Source: Fimbriosthenelais zetlandica (Eukaryota). From it: a stretch of DNA of 64,000 nucleotides. Numbering within the stretch: position 1 is the stretch's first letter; each line of letters starts with the position of its first letter. Of this stretch, positions 53,027-64,000 are shown one piece after another. The DNA lies in contig OZ365112.1 of assembly GCA_977030845.1 (NCBI GenBank), positions 11,098,001 to 11,162,000 of the forward strand. The letters are read 5' to 3'. The notes below the pieces were generated by a model. The model did not search any database, was not told the origin of the DNA, and worked only from the letters and a program-made list of their open reading frames with translations. A program made the position numbers and the translations under genes.

Positions 53027-56000
53027 GTATGACGACACTGTAGTAGTGTATTGAAGAGGACGTGTCACCACGACGTCATGAGGGACCTTCAGCCATGCCT
53101 ATACACGTATGAACTTTTCGAGCTCTGCTAAGAAAGTTGGTCATAATTTTCCTGATGTTTACGAGTAATATAAGTACGTTTCATCTCTCATGAGAGGAAA
53201 AAGCATCCATTGGTGTACTCCCTGCCCATCTAATTCTACTATTGTGATATTAATCAATGTCATATGATACATATAACACAGACCGACTGATTACCAGCCA
53301 GGCAAAAGCCATGTGAGGCCAGACATTATGGTGGACAAAGAATTCATTAACCTCACCATGGTCCCCCTAATATCATAGCCCGATAACGATCTACCTATGG
53401 TGGATATTCATAGTCTTTCGTAATAATGAGACAGAGAGCCCTGATGCCTATATGGGTAATAAGGATTAATGATCAATGCAGTTTTTGCTGCTCAGTTTTT
53501 AAAAATAATATAACCATTTATATTGCTTTAGTTATACAATTGGTACTGACTGGAACAGTGGAAGAGAACAACCTTTTGTAACCATTCTTTTTACTATTAT
53601 TTGTATGATATGCTGGTCTCCTACGATATATCCTGATAATATGCTACTATTTCTTAGATTATTCCATAAGTTCACTGAAATATTAATGATTAGGGTGGAT
53701 ATAGAATTGTTCAGTAGCCTATATATATGATTTTGAAGGCATGTTTTTGTTGTTTTCTGTGCCAGCAGTGACACTACAAAAATCCCAAAGGTGCATATGT
53801 TATTTTCTTTCAGTAAAGCATACTATGTTCTTGAAAACATGCAAGAGGCAGATTAATGAGCTGCTGTATAAACCATCGATGAGTGTCCTTCACTATGGTG
53901 AACAATTGCCAGCCCCGGGACTTCCATTCACTGAGACAAAATAGGGAAAGAGCTTAGCATTAGGCCTGGCAGATTAACCAGCATTAGTTTCTTTGTCATG
54001 CGCTCCTCTGGTGGCGTGTATGTGAACGATGACAGGCTGGAAGCCCTCTCATCGCAGGTTATAGTCGCTCTCACAGAACAGGGCATTTTAAAACTTGTCC
54101 CGGACGTTAAATTACTTTGCATGCCTTGGAAGTGTAAAATGCATTAATATCGCCCTCAGTGCAGTTAAAAATGCAGTTGAGTCTGCACTCGGTAGCCATG
54201 CATTATTTGAGGTATTTTCCATGGTATTCCCCTGTACCTGGCTGCTGGTGATATAAAGAGTTAAGCTGCGCATGCCTTAATGCATAGAGAAACACTGGTC
54301 CATCTAAAAGGCTTCCCCTCCCTTCTCAGCCCAAGGGCTTGTTTGGAACAAGGTTAATACGGAACTCACGTCTATTGGCTTCTCGAAAATCAACTCTGAC
54401 ATTATAAACTTATTCCAGTGGTAATATTTTCATAACCGAAGTAATTACCGTGTAATATTTCAAAACCAAACTATATAATGTTATATTGAAACACGGTAAA
54501 AATAAACATAAATAAAACCCTTCCAGACTGAGTCATCACAATATGTGTTTTCTGTGAAATAAGACCCATCAGGACCACATGGAACTAACTCGGACCAAGG
54601 TCAGTGGAAACAGTATACATAGTGGTTCCCTACTGGTTGGCCACATAATGGCATGGCTGGAGTTGTCGGTAGGCCTGTAATGGATCTAACAAAAAGTCAG
54701 CGGGTGTTCTCACTGAATGATCCCATGAGGATCCAGTATACGAGATGTGCATCAAGCAGCGGCTAGCACGCACTTAATCTAACCCAGCCTCACTGACAGT
54801 GTGTGCTTACCACAATGTGCACTGCCCACGGTCAGGTGGGAAATTCACACTGACAGGCCTCTTGTTTATATGGATAAGCTCTAAAAACTATGCCAAAACA
54901 CAAGGATGCCATTTCTGTGACTTGGTCCAAATGCTGTTCTGTTAATTATTCCTAAACTCAACAACAGATTGTGTTTGTGTTAATTCTGAAAGCAACAGAA
55001 TGGAAGCCATCGGTGAATTAACTTTCATTGCTGCCGTTGTTGTAAATGGTGTATTTGGTCTGGTTTTGATGGCTTTTCAAACAAGTTAATTCTCTGGCAA
55101 ATAATATCTATGGTTCTCGGTACTAAGAAGTAATATCAGATGAACAATTCTGACTGGACTTATATTCAGACACTCATTGGATTGCACCCTTCAAGTATTT
55201 AACACAGAAAGTCTGGCTTGCCCGGGGTCTGTTAGTAGTATAGAAATGGTCAACTGACGCGGGATGTCCATAAAATAGCTTGAGGCTCCCATAGAACTCC
55301 CATAGATTACTCTCTTTCACCTGAATTGCCCGAGATTCAGTTACCCTCTTTCATTCAGCATGAATTCTATCAGCTCATATTATTTCGGACATTTAAAACT
55401 TTTCAGGTTAATTGTATATCCCATTTGTAAATAGAACTACAATTAGCTTTAATTATATGAACTTTGAATGTTGTACAAGTTGTGAATGTTAGTATTTGCT
55501 ATCCAAAGTTCTATAGGGCCTATACTTGGCATTTTTTCATATGACATGAAACCTACCTATATATTCACTTATTCATTGTTCATGCGGCAGATTTTTTTTT
55601 ACTTAACCGCCCCTCACCTCCTCGTGTACTATCTACTTTCGACATTCCTCCCACTTTCATCCCTGTTCATCCATGGTCAGTGTTGAAGTGACAGTTTGGT
55701 CAACCTCACTAAAGAAGCATCCCCCTAAGAAGCCAGCTCAGTGGGCCGCTCGATCATGTCCTGTTCGTGATCTGCGGAAAAGCCAAGCAGACAGCTTTTC
55801 AAACCCTTCATACTTAATAGATACTGTCTGTGATGTTCAACCAGCAGAGAAAGATGAGACTGAGCCCAGTCGTTCTCGCTCCTACCTCGTCCTGTCAATA
55901 AGTATTTGTGATGAAGAGTTGGATGTCAAGCACTGCGCTTTAGATATGGTATGGTTGCATGAAGGGAGGTGCCATTCAGTTAACGGCATGCTCGGCTAAT

Positions 56001-57520
56001 TGATCATGGTCACGCATGGTGTGTGGGTGGGGGAGGGACATAATATCGGAGAAATGGAAATGGATGGGGGTGGCCTTTTGGGGAGATGTAGGTCGAGAGT
56101 CGGTGGACGAGATAGGAAGGAGAGAGGGCTCGGGGGATAGAAACCGGATGGGAGAAGAAATGTAAGTGAAGGAGAATGATATAGGGGCAAGAGAAACGGG
56201 GGATTTTGAGGGACCGGGAGTGGAAAGGGCAGAGGAAAGGAATGGGAGGATGTGGGAATAAATGTGTTGAGGGAATTAGAGGGAAGTATTTATATATATA
56301 GCTGACTTAAGGAGCAAAAGATCAAAGGTCATATGGGAATGATTTAAGGTCATCACATGGAGACATGGGGTAGAGCCACTCACTGAGAGAAAACAATGAG
56401 CAACTCCCCATCTAAACGCTCATCTGCTCAGCCTTCCTCTAGTCACTCAACATCAAACAAAGCAGACGTCTTTGACCCGTAATGGACCCACAGCTTCCCT
56501 GCAATCATCACAGGGAAAAATAAGGTTTTTTATTGTAATAATCATGTTCTATATCAGTGAAGCCATCATCTTAATTAATTATACATATCCACTGTAATAT
56601 ATTAATGGGATATCGATGTTAATTATACCGGTGATGAATTGGGCGCTGAATATTCCCACGAGCAGTTGTCTTGAAAACCCTGTTTTTCATGTTAAAAGTT
56701 TGTATATTGTGGCGAGCATATAATTATACATTCCACAATATACTCTCACCAGATTCTGCCAACACCGCCATATATAGTTTGGATCAATTAGTACCTTTAA
56801 AAACTGACTGCTATTATTTCCTATTGGCTGCATGCGCCTTATCCCTATCTCTATATCGATCGCTGGCGAATATTTTCTTCTTCATTCACACTTCGTATAT
56901 ATAGACTGGCGCCTTTTCAGCCCCACAGAGAACTTCCAAGTCCAACATTGGCGATCGGCGAAGCTCCGCCCGCTATGTGTCTTTGACTACCATCCAAGTA
57001 GAAAATTCCCTCCTATATTTGTCCCTGAGGCAAAGGGCCTCTGGATGCTCAAAAGGAACTCTGAGAAAGAAGCTTTGCAATGCAATCAGTGTGCTTGGTC
57101 ACGGAAAAATGGGACTATAATATATATTCAGTAATATTTCTGATAAGACGATGATATTTCTCTGAGAGATTATGTTTGACTTTCCAACTTCATGACTTTC
57201 CAACTTTATGACCTTTCATACATCCCCATTACCTCGCATTTCTTTGGAGCAAAATGTTTGGGAGAATTCTGATGTGTACCATAAAATGCTAGATTGATAA
57301 AAATTCCCATGAGATTTAAATGGGAAGTCTGAAAGTCTATAATGCCTGGATCATTTTAAAGGTCCAACTATAGGGCCTGGAATGCAGTGAGTTTCCACCT
57401 ATTTCTAGCTGCAGTATGAGTGATATGGATACGGCCTTCGACCTCTACCACATCACTTTCAATGAATTTCCACACATCCTGCGTCCCGTCATAGAGATGG
57501 CAGCGTCCCTTTGGGCGTCA

Positions 57521-57607
57521 GGGCCTGTTTCAGCAGCGAGATGCGCTTTGTCAACCCATATAATATCTATGGGCTAATGTAGCGCATCTTCCTTCTGAAA
57601 CGTGCCC
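57521..57607. mobile_element. Short palindromic MITE-like element (GGGCCTGTTTCAG...CTGAAACGTGCCC family)
   Basis: Imperfect 87-bp inverted repeat, with inner arms AGATGCGC/GCGCATCT and CCCATA/TATGGG; related copies occur elsewhere in the window. Confidence 0.75.
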
Positions 57608-58712
57608 GGATCGTTTCCACTATGCTCGACACGACGCCAACCATTTGTGACAAATCCCTCCATTCCATATGTATACCCTGGCAATCACTTCTCCATTTCT
57701 GATAGAAAAACACCTCCCAGTCCCACTCTCTCTTAATAACTTGTGGTGAGAACAGCCTGCTACCTCACCATAGAAGCCCAATACAATGGTGGACATCATG
57801 GCCTAGGGCTATATTCTGTCACTGCTTTCTCCCATCCAAGAGCCACTATGTGTAAATGACAGAAAAACTTTTTTCCAGTGGAACATAATGACAGGACCAC
57901 CCATTTGCCGCGTTCCAGAGAAGCTCGCTTGTGGTAACAGTCAGGATTATTAAAGGCAAAGCTTTTTACACGAACCTTGATGAATAGAACCCATCAAAAA
58001 GACGTTCTGAACATTTCTTCAGCAAAGTATGCGGGTTGGAAATATTACCGAGTCCATATTATAGGCCTACTGCAATTTGCCCACGCAGCGGGAGATATGC
58101 CAGTTACTCTGGGATGATTGGCTTTTGCTATATGAAGTATAAAATGATGGCTGACCTTTTGAGGGTCAAGTCGAGGTTAATGGGGAAAGACAGAGGTATT
58201 ATGAATGAGAGTCAAAGGTCGGCGAAAATGGTGACAAAAAGAAGGAGTGGGTGATTATAAACGGTAGCTGGAGGTCTGGTTAAGATGGAATATGGTCACT
58301 CACGTGATCAGTTGATTGATGCAGAGAGAGAAAAAAGTGAGAAAAAAGAAGAAAGAAGGATAGAGAACAAGGAGCTGATGAGCAATGATTGATGTGGTCA
58401 GAAGCCGACATGTTCACTGATTACTGGACATAGTAAGTTAGTCATATTACATGATACTACTTTATACTAATGACCCCTTTACACTAAGGCGATTATTCAA
58501 TCAAACAAGATTTTTCTCAGCTGAGCAAAAGCGAAAAGATTCGCAAGGTGTATCACTTAAACATTAAAATGTATTAAACCAAAGTTTGAGACGACCTCTG
58601 GGGCCTGTTACAGCGCAAAAATGTCCCGAAAATGACTTAGCGGTGCTGATGGTTGTTTTGAAACCCCAGCCCGCTATGGCATTGGAGGAGATGGGTAGGA
58701 AAATGTGCAAGA

Positions 58713-58927
58713 ATTGCAAGTCATGTATATCTAGTTGATATCTCAAATAGTCTGGTACACTAATTAGGTACCTAACAAGGACCATTGCCTTGTGATTCTT
58801 GCAGTGATTCTTGCATGTTGCACTTGTCTACAAGACTATCAACTGCGAGTGCATCAATTGCCGCTAGAAAATATGTGTCCAGAATCGGAAGGCAAATGTC
58901 AGCAATTGAGATCTTCCTCAACAGAAT
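58713..58927 (+). repeat. Dispersed repeat, copy B
   Basis: Same orientation as and alignable to 13345-13548; both give the antisense peptide QESLQESQGNGP in the ORF track. Confidence 0.85.
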
Positions 58928-60759
58928 ATATCTGTGTAATCTATATTGAATCATGAAGCAGAATTCTAGCCTCACAATAGGATAGATCATGTGAGCTTCA
59001 GAGGTAGATTTACTGACATTAGTTCTGCCAATTTCCTGTTGAATTATTAATGATCCTCACAAATAGGAAATTGCCAATTAGACGACCAGAATTGAGGGGA
59101 AAAGACTATTTTCTTGTAGACTCAGCAGACCGACACGAATAATAATTCAAGCAATGGAAGGAAACGATCATTCTATCGAGCCCAGGATTTTTCTCTGTCA
59201 TGGAATAGCAAATTGCCTGGAATTAAAGATGTTTTTTTCATGGGAAATGTCAATGGAAGGGATGGGAGGTTTAATGTGGAAGGTGTTTATGTTAGTTACG
59301 TATTTGAGTGCTGCCTTAATGGTTTATCGACCGTCATTCAACAATTCAATGCATCCACTTTACAACAGGTGCAGAATGTCTGGCAATAAAGATTATTTAA
59401 TCATATTAAAATGTGTATGTATATGATGTTGGAACTGTCAATACATACTCTCTACCGTCCCTAATGAACTGTCTGGCTGCTTAGTTCCACTCAGTGTTGC
59501 TATTTTCTCATATCAAGCCAACACTAGCTTATGTCGGTGGGATTAATACTGAAGATTGAAAGACAATTCTCTGCAATATCCATCCCATTTTGTCATCCAC
59601 TTTAGTTAGAATGTCTCCAGACCCTGCCATAACCTTGAGAAGTTATATCTCCTCCCTACTTTCTCTAATATCTTCTCTTATCTCAAGCAAGGCATTTATA
59701 GTTTTCCTTTCCTTATCAGTTATCCATCCCATTAGTTATTTTTTTCAATCTTGATTAAGCGCACAGTACATTATATAATTTTACATTCTACAATGTAATT
59801 TTATATGTGAACTAATTTTATATTATATTATGTAATTTCTATAATTTTACATTTGTAAAATGGTAAATTGGATTTAAATTGAATGAAAGCCCACATTAAC
59901 ACATTCTATTATCAAATTTCATGCATAGCTCACTCCACCCTGATGTTTGCAGTAAGCTGATGTTAAACAGTGTCATTACTTTGCTCCTTTTGGCATCATA
60001 TAACAGTATTAACTTGTCCAATATGAATCCTCTCACTGGGCGAGTATATAATACTGAACACCCAGCAGTGTATCACCACCATAAACCGCTTATACATGAG
60101 CTGTGCGGATATAGATGCCAGCTTCTCCTCCCAGACAAGATTTGTTCACAAGAGAAGCTGAGCTGCATTCTAAGGTATCTCAAGCAGTCACATGCCCAGT
60201 GCGCCAACTCGTTGTTTCCATTCTGGGCTATTCTTGCCCAGGTGCTCACTGAATGCCTGGCAATTCGACTCCCTGAAAGTACTGATACATTTTACTCCTC
60301 TGTCTCCTAATAAGATCTGACTCAAGACCATAATAATTATGCTGTAACTATTAATGTGAATTTACAATAATTTATACATACTGATAACTATATATATTAT
60401 ATGTCAAATCTCTGTGAATGAAACACATAAATCTTTATGGCTGGCTTTCCTCTCTGCCCCTTGGGAATGCTGGAATGGTTTTCTTGCTCTTTTTCACCGC
60501 TTGTTCACTCCACCCCTGAGGGGCTAATGAGGATCTATGTGGGTCGTAAGAGCAGTCATGTCCCCAGGTGCTCTCCACTAAATCAATAGCTTAGAAACAA
60601 GCAGCTTCCAAGATCAACACCAAGATCTAATGACCAGTCTCTGATTGATTATACCATGAAAAATGGTGCACCAAAGCCATGTTTCGCCGTCATTATTCCA
60701 CTTGTGCGTGGAAGCCATCTCTGCCCGATTGCTCCATCCCCTCTAGCTGTCCTCTGTAA

Positions 60760-60809
60760 AAATTCCCCATAGACTTACCATTGCCAATGGTTCTTCTAAA
60801 ACAGGCCCC
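60760..60809. mobile_element. Partial copy (right end) of the short MITE-like family
   Basis: AAATTCCCCATAGACT...TTCTAAAACAGGCCCC matches the reverse complement of the 29737 copy. Confidence 0.5.
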
Positions 60810-60967
60810 AGGAATTTACCCATGAAAAATAACACTAGAACATTTTTGATCATATTACTTGACACACTTTGCCATGGCCATTGAATGCTTATTCGGAGTT
60901 AAAGTAAAAAACTGAAGAGCAACTCATCGTGAGAACATGAGAGTATTCCATGTATTCCATGCAATAG

Positions 60968-61024
60968 ATTTACCAAACCCATCAGGGTGTATCATTGGCT
61001 TACTGTGTATCGACAGCTCATGCT
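60968..61024 (+). CDS. Candidate small symmetric exon (57 nt)
   Basis: Acceptor ttccatgcaatag|, strong donor |GTAAGT at 61025, length a multiple of 3 and open in all three frames; frame undetermined. Confidence 0.3.
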
Positions 61025-62033
61025 GTAAGTCTAAAAAATATAAGTAAAATATTCATAACATAGTTTAGGAACTATTAATCAAAAATACTTTGGTGAAGCA
61101 TTATACTCCAGGCCTAATCATAGCTCGCGGGTGTCAGACCTAATCCATGAAATGAATTAGTTTCTGTCCCCATGCTCGGATGAAGCCTGCCAGAGATGAG
61201 GAATGCATTTCTGGCTCAGCCTTCCTCGCTAATCTGAATTAATACCAGTCCCTGTAGAGAGAATAGTCGACTTAGCGCAACACGAGAATCTGATCGTAAT
61301 GACGAACTGACTGCTGCTCATTGTTGGTCAAATTAGTCATGGTGAAGTCCTATAATTGCCTAATGCTCTGACCCAGTTGTTACATAATTGCTTGGCACTG
61401 TGACCCAGGAGCATAATTACCGGGTGCTTTGACCCAACTGTTGGATAATTGGAGCAATGTTTGCGACCAATTTATATATTTATGAGGTTCGAAATCCTGT
61501 TACTATATGGTTTCCAGATTGGAAAATCAAATGCACGTACTGTGTTCATACATTATGGTCTGTCGCCTATTGGTACTTGAGGAAAGGAAAATCTGTCGCC
61601 TTGAACAGAAGGAAATCAATTTGAAAGGTCTGTTTCTTCCTCAGCATGTCTTCCCAATTTTGGCCTGTTTTAATCAGGTTAATAGCATTTTATTCCTTCT
61701 GCTAACCATAGGCAGAACGATCCAATTCTAATAAAGTATGAACCTCCCTGACTGGTCCATGAAACTCTATTAATTCATTACAGTAACTTAGGATGGAATA
61801 GAGCCTCTTCAGATTTTTATAGAAACCATCTGTGGATTAGCCTTTGGTATCAATCATTTCCTTTCCACATATTTTTAGTACTGTGTATACTTGTTAACAG
61901 ATTCTGAATGAAGCTCCCTGAATCGCTACCCCTGTTCATTTTCTGATGAGGATAACTGAGAAGGAACTTCTTTTCCTTACCGGTCCATGACAGCTTTTAT
62001 CACGCAGGTTCATTGCTTGCTTCTACAATATAG

Positions 62034-62075
62034 ATTTTCCCCTCAAGGCCTGGCATGTATGCTTTTGGAAGAGAG
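62034..62075 (+). CDS. Candidate small symmetric exon (42 nt)
   Basis: Acceptor cttgcttctacaatatag|, strong donor GAG|GTGAGT at 62076, open in all frames; frame undetermined. Confidence 0.3.
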
Positions 62076-64000
62076 GTGAGTCCCAGCGGTATCAATTATG
62101 TGGCCTGAAGAGTGGAGGATGGGTATATATTGATAGAAGCATGCCAGTGTAGTGGAAAGCTTTGGTAAAAAGTCTTTATTTGTGATATTTAGGTATGATG
62201 GCCATCATTTGAAAGCCTCCATTAATCTATATGGAAGGAGGAAAAACCTGCTTAGCCCCCAGGTTTTGTGGGCCTCTAATGGACCCAAATAAGAGACAGC
62301 AAATAGAATAGCATGGTAATCTCAATTACTATCCCTATTTCTGTCTCTGGCCCTCCTTAGCTTCCGGTATATCCAATTTATTTGGTTATCAATCGAAAAG
62401 CTATTGTCATTGAGCATCAAGAAAAACTATATAATATATAGTGTCGCAGGCAAAATTGCAGCACTGGAGTACCAGCTCAAGATTGGAAACATAGCGTCCA
62501 TACAATGTCCAGCTTGTGATTTGTGTTATTTCTTTGTATACTGCATACATTGTACAGCTTGACATGCAGTGTGTCAGTACCTAAGACGTGAAGATTGATG
62601 GTGATCACCGCCTCTTGTATTACCACAGGAGCTTACCATGTTCCCACCCACTCATGTCTCACCAACAAGTTACCTCCATTCCTACCCTGGCCCGGATAAA
62701 CCCGTGAGCACGACTCATGTCAGTGCATGTTAGGAGCAGCTCCAAGGTTCACTGTGACATTGACAATATACAGGAGCACCGACTCGCTTCCTCACAACAC
62801 ACATCAGCAATTGCTCGTGTACCCGGGTTCCGGCATCTTAATGGCATTCCTTGATTACAAACTAAATGGCAGCCAGGGGCATCTCCAGACACCATTGACA
62901 TCCCCAGCTGATGTTCTGGGTCGGGAAATGAGAAGGCGAGATGGTCCAGTAATGTTTTCAATGAGACTACATGGCTCTTTACGTGTCAGGGGAGCTATAC
63001 CAGTGTTGGATGAGGACACTGGATTGCTCTGGTACTGCAGAGCTCTCATGAAATTGAGGCTTGTCCAAATGTCGGTCAGGACACAAGCTACAATTGAAAT
63101 ACAAACCTCTTTTTTACCTTAACTTACATTTCAAAACAAACTTGATTTGTCCTCTTCAAAAAATGTGGCTGTTTTAATGCAGTGTGGTTCACCATATTGA
63201 TCTAAGTAGGAGTAAATACTCCCGAAGGCTATTATATAGGCAGAGCGTACTGTAGCCTACCTTCCGGACGTAATCAAATTGAGATTTTGAAGTATGATGG
63301 ATTATATAGGCCGGCCATCGAGAATGATTAAGAAGTCCCACAAAGCAGATCATGGTTTATGAAGAAAAGAGTTAATTTCTCTTTGGAAGCATGTGGGCCA
63401 GCTTCGCCATGGTGCTAGAGGCATAGGACATTAATCTGAGTTAACTGAAATGTTCACCTGCCCCCCCCCCCCTTATTCGGTATCGATATGAAGGCTACCA
63501 ATGAGCTTTTTTGAGCCGTTTGTATACTGTTGCATACAACTCCTACTTTCCTACTTCCTAGTGTCTAAGCATGGCATAGGTTGCCATATATCCATATTAG
63601 TATTAAAATATACCACAATAATATGTGGGTGTGGGTCATAGGATGCTTTTGACGAGGAATTCCTTCCTTATTCCCTTTTCTTTCGACAATCCATTCCAAT
63701 TAATATAAGTTTCGTATAACATTAACGAATTACTAAGATAATAATCTTTGTTGTCATTTTATCATTGCTACTTTCCCAAAGATGCTATTTAAATACATGC
63801 TATCATAGTCCAAACGTTATTTTTTCCTTCTTTCAAACATTAGAAAGACAGTATTAATAAAGATACCCCTCTTAAAAGGATTTCTTAGGACCACCCAGCG
63901 TCCTTTGTGGAGCCAGATCACCACTTTAAAGTATTTATTTTTATGACCAAAAACTGGTGTTAAGGTCTCGTTTAAATAGAAACAGATGCTAGGAACTGCA

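Noticed and set aside
55673-55999. 108-aa plus ORF as an exon of the plus-strand gene
   Set aside because: Its acceptor is phase 2, incompatible with the phase-1 and phase-0 exits of the preceding candidates; no family recognised.
1755-61970. CTGATGA motifs (e.g. 1758, 38810, 40001, 49519, 52063, 58374, 61943) as hammerhead ribozyme cores
   Set aside because: None that I checked is followed by a stem II and GAAA in the right geometry.
62727-63122. 131-aa plus ORF and overlapping minus ORFs in a GC-richer patch
   Set aside because: Several frames are open on both strands with no motif, so no coding strand can be assigned.

Overview
This is AT-rich (roughly 40% GC by eye) eukaryotic animal genomic DNA, mostly intronic or intergenic; an invertebrate deuterostome is a low-confidence guess from the frequent TAGGCCTA motifs and MITE styles. 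There are no bacterial features and no CRISPR, rRNA or intact tRNA. Well-supported content: (1) a minus-strand gene whose CDS lies in one exon (ATG 25146, stop 23440), encoding a TTL/ATP-grasp protein of the ttll-15-like group with an N-terminal signal anchor and N-glycosylation sequons, so probably a lumenal rather than tubulin-directed ligase; (2) a 5'-truncated, decayed CR1/L2/Crack-type LINE RT remnant just upstream (about 25985-26710); (3) the 5' part of a plus-strand multi-exon gene with two, possibly three, alternative ATG-bearing first coding exons (40059-40885 with His/Pro-rich sequence and six RPxSP motifs; 49650-49972 with six basophilic R[RK]xS motifs; a tiny 41841-41863). All three end in phase-2 donors compatible with one shared 50-nt exon at 52308-52357; (4) Harbinger-type MITEs, a ~210-bp dispersed repeat, a 41-bp minisatellite and simple repeats. 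Most other short ORFs in the track look like noise. No database searches were run; family assignments come from motif recognition.
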